From assembly GCF_000181795.1 (NCBI RefSeq), contig NW_003526940.1:380660-444659 (forward strand): 64,000 bases of DNA, in the 5' to 3' direction. The notes beneath the pieces are model-generated. The model made no database searches. It was not told the origin of the DNA and saw only the letters and a program-made list of their open reading frames with translations. Of this stretch, positions 1 to 11,516 are shown one piece after another. Numbering within the stretch: the first letter of the stretch is position 1; every line of letters starts with the position of its first letter. The position numbers and the translations under genes are program-made. Origin of the DNA: Trichinella spiralis. Its lineage: Eukaryota.

Positions 1-38
1 ACCAATAAGAAAAAAGTGGGACCGAGTAAAACCACCCC
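1..38. repeat. Probable right terminus of a TIR transposon extending left of the window
   Basis: ACCAATAAGAAAAAAGTGGGACCG resembles ACCAATAAATGAAAAGTGGGACCG at 17506, and the segment ends in CCCC like the MULE end at 15303. Confidence 0.35.
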
Positions 39-1436
39 GCTGATCAACAGACTGTTTTCACAGAAACTTTTCTGCTATTCGATATAAGCGCTTCAGAACA
101 AAGCAAATGTATAGTACAGAAATTTCCATTTTACAACAACAAGCAAAGCAGAACTTTATTGCAATATATACCATGGGCAAGATGGGCATTACAACAATAA
201 CGTATAAATATGAAAAAAGTCCATTTCTAAACTTGTAGACACTGTGCCATGGCAACCAACTAATCGTTATATTGAAAAAATGGATAAGCTGTAATATTAC
301 AATAATAATGTGCTACAATAAGCCATTGTTTGTATCTTTATTTATTATTATGATTTGTCCACTTGAGCGTGTGGCATCTCCCTTTGTGTATTGGCTTATG
401 TCCGTTCTTTGAGATACAAACTGAAATTCATTATTATTAATTCTCATCCTTCGAAAACACATCTCAAACCTACGATACGGAAAATAGCACAATCATTGAT
501 GATAAGCATTGAGGAGTGAAATATGAAAAATAGAATTGACGGTTTTGTTCTTTACAAATTAAATATCTTTATTATCTAATTGCATTATTCTACAAAAATA
601 TAGAAGCAACAAATGAATAGCCTGAAGAAGAGATAACTGAACAAAGAGATGTTAAATAAACGTGTTTATCTAGGTCATTTTTTGTTTTCATAATTTGACA
701 TGTAATGACTTTTTATGATGGAAACAGACCTAGTCTGGTTCACTAGCTTGACAATGAAGAAAGTTCTGCAGTAATTATTGTGGGCCAGGTCAACAGCATT
801 CAGCATGAAGGATTTTCTGAAATTTCACTAGACCAACACACATGTACTGCTGCTAAATATCCCATATGCTAGGCAAAAGCACTTTCAGTTCAATCTGTGC
901 ATTAGCTACGTTACATCTGAGAAATTTTTCACAGATCATCCATATAATGTGAAGTCAGTGCATACTGCACCACAAGCTTCATAACATTACACGCTAATCT
1001 ACAGAAGCTGGCATTTCAGTATTTCTGAGCACTCTGATGCCATCTAAATGCACAAGCCATAAATTCATGCCATGATAAATGGTGGTCTGGAATTTTTACA
1101 ATGCTGCGGATGCTTTCTCAAATAAACTCATTATCTGACCAAGGCAGTGAACTCCATGATATTGCACAATTATTGTTCACTCTCAACAATGGGAATGAAA
1201 ATTTTGGCAGTACATGAAAGACCAGTTTATGCTCCTTGGTTGGTGACCAGGGTAATCAACTATGATCATATTTTGTCAGAGCATATGCGGTGCTTGAGCA
1301 AGATAACGGACACACTCGTGATGAAGTGAACTTAAGATGAAAAATAATTTGCTTTCAGTTTCGTTTGGTGAAATCATTTCGAAATGCAACAGATATTTTT
1401 TGATCTGGAGTGTTGAACCATAGTAATACAACAATT

Positions 1437-2077
1437 GCAACTTCAATGTTTAATCAACCCAGTAGTCAGTTTTACTTTAGATATTGAAAAACAAATTTAA
1501 TACCCTTTACACAAAATGTATAATCACAAATTTCTATTTTAAACAAAATTCCAGATTTTATTTTTTATATAAATGATACATAAGAAAAAAAACAATAACT
1601 CTTGTTAACAGGAACGAAAGAAACATTGAAGAGAATGAAGATATAAAATTCTCATCCAAACTTGAAATATTTTCAGCGAACAGAAAATATTAAGATGCTA
1701 ACATTCAGCAATCACCACTTCTAGTTTTAGCCGAAAATTACTGCTGTAGACAATTTATCAATTGTAGATTTTCCCTTTGTACTTGAATAGCCCTTAGCTG
1801 CTCTTCAGAGAAATTTCTGACAAACGGAAAAACACTTATGCATCAATCTCATATAACTGCTAGCTAAAACGTAATTTATCTGATGAGAGAAACAACTGTT
1901 TGTTGACATTCTTTGAAACAGTATTTATCAACGCGGATGGATAAAAGTAAAGCACTTTGAAAACAGAAAGAAAGCGATGAACAGCACCAACCAAGCACAA
2001 AAGCGCTTAAAGCTGCTTCAAATTCACTTTGCAGTGGACATCGCATTGTTTGATGTCAGCATATGTGCGCCATTTGT
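1437..2077 (+). repeat. Dispersed repeat shared with the interior of the MULE at 13907-14418
   Basis: Shared blocks include CCTTTGTACTTGAATAGCCCTTAGCT, GCTAGCTAAAACGTAATTTATCT, GGATGGATAAAAGTAAAGCAC and GTGCGCCATTTGT, in direct orientation. This copy has about 130 extra bp. Confidence 0.85.
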
Positions 2078-2282
2078 CTGTGATTAATAATCTTCTGTCA
2101 ACATCAACAAAAGGCGTTGCGCTACAACGAATATCACAAAAGTTGATCTTAAATTGTAGATAAGATGAGAATGAAAACTTAATGTTGCAAAATGGTTATT
2201 TAAAACGGAGTTCAAAACCGTTGAATTTATTTTCCGTGGTTTTCCGTGTAGTTCAGTGCTTCGTATTTGAGAGTTGTTAATA

Positions 2283-3398
2283 ATGGAGAGTGATGAAATT
2301 CAGTTTGTTTCTACTCAAAGGAACCAACAAAAATTGGTGTACAGAGGAAGGTGTTACACCCTCAAGCGGACGAATCGCAATGACAAATGCTGGATATGTG
2401 CATCAGTAAACAGAATTATTTTATTATAGCACGTTGTTATTATTGTGCAGTATCATGAGCTTGCAATTTCGTTTCCAATTTAGGGAATGAGACGCTGCCG
2501 TGGCACACTGTCCACAAATCTGGAGGCCACAGAAGTCATCCGCTTATGTGAGCATGCGGAAAGCTGCCCGGTAAACCCTGACGCATTTTACCATCACCAG
2601 CAGCTTGCCGAGTTGAGACGGCTGGCCTCAGAAGACACGAGACCGGTGATGGAAATATACATTGAACTGGCGAGCAATGCCTCCACTAGCTCAGATACTG
2701 CCGCTTATTTCCCATCGTGGGAGCAGGCCCGAAACACAATGTACTACAGCCGGGCCAAGAGATACCAACGACTTCCGGCCAGGCGGCAGGATCTGCGGCT
2801 CACTGCCGAGAAGAGAACAACAACATCCGGTGCGCAATTTTTAATGTATCATTCGCGGACCAATGAATGATATATTAATTTTTGCCACCGGGCTGGTGTG
2901 AGACTGCTGGCTCAAAGTAACTGCTGGTGTGTGGGGATGGGACGTTTAAGATTGTTCCATCCTGGTACCAGCAGTTGTTTACCCTTCATGTGTTCATCAG
3001 GGGTAAACTGCTACCCGTCATATATTGTTTGACTGTTAGGAAAGATCTGCCCACGTATAGTTGGATATTTGAAATGCTCCATTCCAAAGCGGAAGAACTT
3101 GGCGTCCAACTTGATCCGGCAAAATTTGTTTGTGATTTCAAAATAGCCTTGATCCCGGCCATTCAAGGCAACTTTCCCAACACCCGGATGCAAGGTTGTT
3201 TCTTCCACTTTTGCCAAGCCGTGCTTCGGCAGGTCGGCCGGCTTGGCTTAAGAACTGATTTTAATAATCAGGAAATAAGAAAAAAGAGTAAAAATGCTAA
3301 TGGCATTAGCATTTTTGCCAGTAAACCTTGTACCCGCGGGTTTCGAAATCTTAAATGTTGGGGCGTCGGGTCAAGTGGAAACCTTGTTCCAGTACTAG
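2283..3398 (+). pseudogene. Decayed MULE/Mutator transposase (FLYWCH-like N-terminus plus MULE DDE domain)
   Basis: Exon 2283-2405 (MESDEIQFVSTQRNQQKLVYRGRCY...WICAS), GT-AG intron 2406-2483, then DGTFKIVP..YQQLFTLH, VCDF, GCFFHFCQAV. There is a stop/frameshift near 2870, a frameshift near 3260, and the C-terminal RTNN..E region is missing. Confidence 0.9.
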
Positions 3399-3489
3399 CA
3401 CCTTTGAACTATTCATTATTGTTGTATATATTTTTTATTCCTACTGATTGTATTGTTTGTCTTTGTCCATTGTATATATTGTAATATAG

Positions 3490-3864
3490 TGCAGCGGACA
3501 CGGACCGAACTAATGAGATCTTTCCTGCAGAAAATGAAGGCGAAGAACACTGAAGCTGCAGTATGAAGAATAATATATGAAGATCGGAGGAGCAGTACGG
3601 TAAGGGTTGTTTACAGGAGGGTTGGCAAGTTGCCAGAAGTGAGTGCTCGTGTTTTACATCGTCGTCGATCCTGGTTTCCGATTGTCTAATAAAGTATGTA
3701 CTCATTGCTTGTTCTTTTGTTGTCGCAATGCCATCAGGAAAGCGCGAGACTGAGCGAAAGGGAAATGCACCAGTCAATACCGGCCCGTCGCCAAATAGCG
3801 ATGGACGCGCCAATAACCCGGTGGAAGAAGCGGAGGAGCCCGCTCGAGGTAGCGGCTCGTTACA
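3490..3864 (+). mobile_element. Solo LTR (375 bp) with 4-bp TSD
   Basis: TGCAGCG...CGTTACA ends, ATAG on both sides (3486-3489 and 3865-3868), internal AATAAA. The homologous repeat near 20268 shows the empty site TGTAATATAG|TTC. Confidence 0.85.
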
Positions 3865-3868
3865 ATAG

Positions 3869-4580
3869 TTCAGATTTGTTTGTTGTTAATTCTTATTGAT
3901 TGTTGGTTATTGTTGATTCTCATTGTTGTTGTTAATCTTTATTGATTGTTGTTGTAACATGAAGCTGTATACTATATATTTGCCTAATTCGGAAGCGCAT
4001 GTAGCGAAAAGCAGAAATGTTTCTGTGCAAAGCAGTCTGCTGATTAGCATATATGTGAAGAAATATAATGACAAAAGCAAGTTATGTTAAAAATGAAATG
4101 TAAAACTGAAGAATCATTAATGTTATTGGCTAAGATGACCACTTATTTAAAGCCAATTTAAATATTGCAAAACGTCTTTTTAAATGCTGCTCTTAACAAT
4201 ATACACAAAGAATACGCAAATGTAAAGAAGTTAAACATTAGTTTTAAGCATGTTAACTTTGTTATTGTTATAATTCCTTTAACGCAATACAAGATAGCTA
4301 ACACCATATCTTAAAAAGCTGCGTTTTAAAAAATAGTAAATGCTTCTTTATGTCCATATAAGGTAATTTGATGGTAATGCACCCAAATTTGGAAAAGGGT
4401 TGATAAACAACAAGCACCCAATCCTTGATCGAAGCTTAATAGCTAATTAAATGGCAAAGTTATTCGCCTAATCACTTATCATAAAAATTAGCTAATAAAG
4501 TAGTAAAATCTATTAGCCAATTACCGATCAATCGCGTGCAACCTATCAGCGTACACACAATCACAAAAAAGGGGCGGAGT
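3869..4580 (+). repeat. 3' region and probable right subterminal array of the first MULE; diverged copy at about 20230-20860
   Basis: Shared blocks GCAGAAA(T/A)GTTTCTGTGCA, AAATGTAAAGAAGTTAAA and TATAAGGTAA; C(C/T)AAT-like motif every ~25 bp from 4418 to 4546. Confidence 0.6.
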
Positions 4581-5258
4581 TTGTGGAAATTAGGTCTTGG
4601 ATGAGTTCAGAATAGCCGGAAGCAACATTTTATCAGTTTGTTACATCAAATGGGAAGCAACATTGCAGTATGCATGTCTGTCTATCAGTTTTTACCATGG
4701 ACATTTTTGCACCAAATCTGGATCAACGTATTGTTTAAAATTACACAAAACTGTTTATGAAAAACAAAGTAATTTTTGATAATTGAAGTGTGCTTTTAAT
4801 TCAGCTATTAACTTTTGATGAAACTGATTCTTCAGCTACTTCTGAAAGGACAGTTTCCAGCAAACGAGAATTCAGTTTTACATCTACTGCACAGGAAACG
4901 TTGGTTTCATTAAAATGTTTCCATAAAAAACGCAGTACTTCTATATATTAAAAATGACTGTCGTATGAATGAACTGCTTTACTGAAGCAAAGATGCTCAT
5001 GCTTGTTCAATAAGAACATGAATAGCAAAAGAACTGCTTTAAATCAACTGCAAATTCAAGTTCAATAATTTAATTTCATTATTTATATAATGCATCCAAA
5101 TTAAAAATAAATACATTCGTTGTTCTACATACCAATCCAAATTTGCATAATAATTGAAGTCGAAAACTTCAGATTAAAATAATGAATCATAACTAATGAA
5201 GAGTTGAATTCAAAATATGTCATTAGCATAGAGCAGAAATCAAATGCATACATTGTTG

Positions 5259-8200
5259 CTACACTTGTTTTCCCAAAAAGTCATCAACAAGAGCGCTCAA
5301 ATTCTTTGCATGATTGACCTAAACAAAATAAATCATCGCTAAAATCACAGTTTATAAAATAATGTCATCATTAAAAATTAAAAATACATTTAAAAATTAT
5401 TATTCGTGCTATTTCAATTACGCAATTACATTAAAATCTCGTTATTGATAAAATAAAAGTAACAATGGCTCTAATTGTAAGATTCAAATGTAAAAATAAC
5501 TGTATAATGTAGCATCGGTACCTTTTGTTCTTGTTCTTTTCTCAGAGTTTCCAGATGCACGTGTTGTTTTCGAACTGTCATTTTAAGAGAAACTATTTCA
5601 TCTTTTTCTCTGTTAATGTCTTCTCGACATGCTTTATAGCATCTTAAACAAAATATATATGTTTATACGATAACTAATGCACACTATATATAACACATAT
5701 ACATATGTATCTATATGCAATAATAATAATGCTCACTCTACTATTTCTTTTTTGCAAGATTCTCTGAATGTTTCAAAATCTTCTACGGAAATGCGTAACT
5801 GTTCTCTCAGCTCTGATAGTTGTTTACGCATTGCAGATTCTTTCTAATATCAAAATTCATTAAATGAAAAAGAAATAATATACAGATAATCATTCCAAAC
5901 AAATAAATAATCTGTCAGTTCGAATCTCTGTGATTCAAAATAAAACGCAGTACAATATAGATTATCAAACTGATTTTGAAAATTTCTACATGTAATAATT
6001 TATACCTTCTTGCATTCTAAGATACTTTCACGAATCCTTTGATCACAATCTAAAAGTTTAGCTATAACATCTTCGGCTGATTTCAAATCCTGGAGAGTCT
6101 GCAAAAATACGAAATTAAACAACGAACATCAAAATTTTCAACTTTTACTTTGTAACGCTCATTGTTCACATCAGTCAATTGCCTCTGCTGTGCTTCTAAA
6201 AATCAACCACAATCATTTACCAACCGCTTATAACAAAAAAATCAGGAAATTTTTATTCTATGAATAAAACCTTAACTTTAAATAATTTTTAAAAAGAAAC
6301 ACATGAAAATCTGCTGATGAATAAACTTTAGCAAATAATTTTACTGAACAAAATGATACTTACTGATAAAATTTCAACTACTGAAAAGTGCACATACCTT
6401 TTGCCATTTTCATTTTTATCTCGTAATTTTCTTTTTCCTGACTAAAAAATTATTTCACAGTTTAAATGCTGCATTCAAATTTTAACTTTCGAAAAAACCT
6501 CAATTTTTTCAATTCATTGTCAACAGATGTTGCTTCGGATATCAATTGTCGACGCTCCTCATTCATCTGTTCCAAACGCAAACGATTCTCCTGACTTTTC
6601 AACATCAGCAATTTCAATTCATCGTCATTTCTCTTAGCAAGGTCACACTAAAACATAAAGCCCAATAAAATATGCAAAATTTACAATTCAGCCAAATGTA
6701 AACTTGTATATTTTCATTCATTTCATTGCATTCATTTTTCTCCAAGTCATTTTTCATTAAATTTGAATGAAAGGTCTCATTTTTCTCAGAGTTCAACGTA
6801 TTCTCAGCTTCATCCCTAAACAGAGCGGTTATATAAATTAAAATAACAAGAAAACGCATATTATATTACATTACATTATCACTCACCAGCTAATTAGTAA
6901 ATTTTCATCATTATCAGCAGTTTTTACAGATTTTGTTTCATCTTTCATTTTCAAAACAATGTTTGTCGGTACTTTGTTTTCCTCCACTTTCTGCAATTCC
7001 CCAACTGACAGTGGATCAAATTTAACAAACAGTGAATCTCTTCGAAATGTGTCGTTTTTAGATACTGCATTTTTTGAGCACATTTTTTCAAGATATTCAA
7101 ATGCCATTGTATTGTTAATAAAATCAACTTCTTCACAATGAGCAATTTTATCAGAATATTTGTTTTTCACAATTCGTTCCTGCATCTGAAAAATTAAACT
7201 AGACAATTGGCGGCATCCCATCTTGCCTGATGCATTTTATGGAGTTTTATATTCAAATATTAGAAAACAATTATTATCACATTTTTTCAAAATTCAACTA
7301 TTAAATATGTCAAAAATTGCATTATTTTACAACTTCATAAATTGTTACATCTAAACATTAAAAATTAAAGTTATATATATATATACCCATTTTATAATTT
7401 AATTTTGAGCAGTTATAACCATCAGCAAAAAGTAGCATAATTTTCCAATTTACATCGTAATTATTACTTTTAAAGTTCTATAATATGAAATATAAAAAAA
7501 TATTCGTAGCATATTTTAACTGGAATATTTAACCAGCAAACAGTTACATTTCAAGGTAAAATAATGAAATTTAATTATTCTCAATTTCTGGAAAAAATAT
7601 CAAAATATACACCTGAAGTCTGCTTATAATAATCAAATAAAATACATAGTATTATAAATTACGTATATCACAGTAAACTCAAAGTTATTAGCAAAACAAA
7701 TGAACTTTTTATAAAACTGATTGCATACTTAAACTCTCCATAATTCCAAATAATGAAACCACTGCAATTATTACCAACACGCAACAAAATACAACTTCTA
7801 CATAACATGTAAAACTAACTGTAAACTAAATAAAATGATTAGCAATACCTTGTCCATTTCGATGAGATTTTCTGAGATTTCAACAAATGGAGCTGTTGCC
7901 GAAAAGTCATTCATTGCGGTCGTTTTGGTTTTCATATTTCTAGTACACATCAATAAATCTCATAACTGTATGCTCAAAACAAAATTCTTTCCAGCCTCAA
8001 GAATATATATACAAAGATTAACTTTAACGAATAAATAATGAAAAAATAAAATGTTATAACGAAAAAAGGTTAATTTTACAACTAACAGTGTAAAATAATT
8101 TTTTAAGCATAATAAAATCCATAATCTTTTAAAAAATAGAGCATTCTTAGATTTTATAAAAAATAAATTATCAAATTTGAAAAATGCAATGAGCATTAAC

Positions 8201-9249
8201 CACAAACAAATTAAAATATAATTCAACTGAAATTTCTTGAAATTAAAATTGCAAAACATTAGACGCAATTGCTAGATTAGACATTCTTTTTTCGATAAAT
8301 GTAGTCAATTACCTTTCGATAATAGGATTCTGAACATTAGCATCAAACAGTGGAGCAGCTCCAAATGAATCGTCTTTAGAAAGCAGTGGATCAAATCTTT
8401 GAAATATAGACTGTCTACGTAAATCATCGTCAAATCTTTTTCCACAATCAGTTGACAAGTGCTCCAAAAACTTTATTGAAAATGTATTATTAAGCACTGC
8501 ATCCAGACCAACATTCATCTGCCTTCTTTCTTCGCCCAAAAATTTAAAAAACATAACTAAATATCATAAAATATTTAACTGAAATGATTTTATTACTTCT
8601 TCGTGCGCATTACACTTCGTTGATTTCAGCTTTGCCTGCTAAAAATAAACTTTTAAAGCTATGAAAATAAACCCTAAATTTCCTGATGCCATTTCAAATA
8701 AAGAAGATAAGTGAAGTTTCATGAAAAAAAATTATTTGCAAATTCTCATGTTACTAAACTCAAACTTTGAAAATTCAAGATCAATAAGTTCTAAGCTACC
8801 ATACAAACATTAAAATTTCAACAGCTCTGCTGAACATGAAGTTAGACCAATTTCATTATTCTTTAGATAATGTAAAACTGAAAACTTTAAATAAAAATTA
8901 TTATAATGATCAGAATTCAATTATAATAACAAACCATATCAGAAAGTCTTTTCGGCCTTTCCAACATACAAGCTGCAGGATCATATTCATTCGCATTAGA
9001 TTTCAAATTAACATTTCCAGGCAAAGCGTTTTCTTTCTCTGATTCTAAAAGTGTTTTATTTTGATCGTAATCCATACTGCTTTCTAAAATATCTATATAG
9101 TGAGCAAATTAGTAATTAACAAAAAGTACAAAAAACAACAAACCTAATGAACTACGTAATTCACTTGTGGTTTCAAAAGCTGTCTTGAAAGAATTATCAG
9201 AACTATAGTTCTCCACAGAACAATAACTCACATCGGAATCAGAACTCAT
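5259..9249 (-). CDS. TACC: TACC-family (transforming acidic coiled-coil) protein, multi-exon
   Basis: ATG 9249 (MSSDSDVSYCSVEN...). Motifs RRQSIFQRFDPLL and RRDSLFVKFDPL match the TACC3 RKQSLYLKFDPLL Aurora-A site. Coiled-coil exons lie at 5520-6650. The last exon VNHAKNLSALVDDFLGKQV* resembles the TACC C-terminal ELTKICDELIAK. Not all internal exon boundaries were resolved. Confidence 0.8.
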
Positions 9250-9819
9250 GAATTAACTGTTTTCTAAACAATTACCTTGAGGCGAAGGACACAATTACAG
9301 TGATTTTCGCGGGCTTATAAATGATTTTCAGGTACATATAAAATTTGCTACCCTAAATAAAATGTTTTTTAGTTTCATAAATTCATTCTATTTATTATAA
9401 TAATATAATAAATATGTGCTGCAATGAAATAAAGAATATATGATATATAAATAATAAATAACGTTATTGCATTTCACAATAAACAAGGAAAATCCTTTCA
9501 CTTGAAAATTATACAGTAATGGGGCACATGTTAGTGTATGATTTTCAGGCACGTAAAGCGATTCTAAAAGGTTTAAGCTGAATATTTACATTTCTAGCGG
9601 ACAGAATGCACAGATTCTATTAAGAAAATTTGATCATGAAAAAGTGACTGAAAAAAATACAACAGCGTTAGTTCTAAGTATATTTCCACAAAGTTGTTTA
9701 CGAATCAAAAATGTGAATTTTTTCATTTTTTCATTTTTATTTTTATATTTTTTTAATATATCGTGCTTACTATTTTTGACCGCTCGATTCTGGTTTCGGC
9801 TTTTGTATGGTCTTCTCTG

Positions 9820-9899
9820 ATTGGCTGATGTAGATAGGTCCCTAATTGGCTATTCACTTCTGCTATTTCATTGGCTACTCAACGTTCATCTGTGATTGG
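9820..9899 (-). promoter_or_regulatory. Four CCAAT boxes at exact 25-bp spacing upstream of TACC (possibly a TE subterminal array)
   Basis: ATTGG at 9820, 9845, 9870 and 9895. Confidence 0.45.
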
Positions 9900-10017
9900 T
9901 TGAGGGTTCGTTACTAAATTTTTACCAAATGTAGCTAATGTAGTAATAATTTGCCTTTTCTATTTTTAATGTCATTGCTCTGTTTGTTCTGTAACCAGCG
10001 TCGTTATCATTTGATCC

Positions 10018-10379
10018 TGTAACGAGCCGCTCACTCATGCGGGCTCGTTCGTCACCCCAACCGAGCTATAAACACAGTAGCATCGACCGGCGGTTTCTTC
10101 CGCGCCGTCAGGTGCTCCCTCTGGCTTCCGCCGCCTCTGCTGCCCTTTCTTCCGGGTTCGCGCTTCCCCGATGACATTGCCGCATTCACAACACAGGTAA
10201 AGAGAATAATGTTTAAACAACTCTGAACAAGGACCGTCACCAATCCACCATAGTAAAATTCCAGAATCAACGCTCGTTCACCCGCTACAACCACCGTAAA
10301 ACCGTAATACTTTTCTGATGTTCAAGTATCACTCTGTTTACGGTAGCTTCTCTGCTCTTGTTCCACATCGTCCGCTACA
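10018..10379 (-). mobile_element. Solo LTR related to 3490-3864, opposite orientation
   Basis: Starts TGTAACGAGCCGCT, the reverse complement of the end of the 3490-3864 LTR. The other end reads TGTAGCGGAC on the minus strand versus TGCAGCGGAC. No TSD is recognisable. Confidence 0.75.
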
Positions 10380-11516
10380 TTGCATAAACAATGCAACTAC
10401 GAATTTTATCCATCTTCGTGAGAAATTTTCTATAAACAATACCGCTGAAATTTCAACAAAAGTGGTTAATTTTGCCTTTTTTGTAATCAATGCTGCAAAT
10501 TTTTATGATGCGCGAGGTAAATGTGAATAAAACATGTTTGTTTATGTTATAACTTCAATTAATTTAATTCATTTAACTATATACTGTGAAATTTTCGTGT
10601 TACTTACTTCAACTTTATGTCGGGGTAGACCCTGAGTATTCATCAAAGACATGCCGCTTCACACTTTGATTGGTTGTATATTTTGCGTAGAACTCTGATT
10701 GGTTTTGAATTTTATTGGTTTACACGGCGGCTAAGTTTCATTAGATGTTGTTGCGATGAATTTTACTCGCTGTTGGGAATCTCAATTTTACTGGTTGTCA
10801 TTTTCATGCATTCTATTTGTCAAATTTTGGTTTCTTTTTAATGGTCACTTTTTTATTCTAAGCTTTACTGATCTTCTATATGTATATTAGTAGTAGCTAA
10901 ATTATACATTTAAAAGCTGACTAGCAATTTAAAATTATAAGTTTATCAACAAATTTGCTTGTGGTTTCATTTTTGTGTATAATTATATTCATAGAACTGC
11001 TGATCAGATCTAAGAAATTCGCTTTACTTTAATTTAAACTGACTTAGTTTATTGCGTGTATACTATTGAGCACTTTAAAGACCTTGTTCAAAAGATTGCT
11101 TTCTATTAATTTGTTTCTTAATTTGATGAAGTTAAATACAAGTTTAAGTTAAAGTATAAATTGAATTTAGAAGTTATGGATGCTATTTGTAAGAAAGATC
11201 ACGTGGATTCACCATTTCATTGAATTTCATTAAATAATTAATTGTAATTTCACTATATAAATATAATAAAATAGTAATTTTCTAATATATATACATATGT
11301 ACAGCAGATAAATAGTAAAGCTTTGAATATCAGAAAATTGACCATTAAAATGAAATCAAAATTTGACAAATAGCACGCATTACAATGACAACCAGTAAAA
11401 ATTTAGGTTTGCGACAACGAATTAAACTCATCGGAACAGCAACTAATGAAATTTAGCCGGCATGAAAACCAATGATATTTAAGGCCAATCAAACGTCGAG
11501 CGGCATGCCTTTGAAG

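Noticed and set aside
700..1400. Possible decayed hAT transposase on the minus strand (AVCTD-like motif near 960)
   Set aside because: Only one short motif; no continuous frame or termini found.
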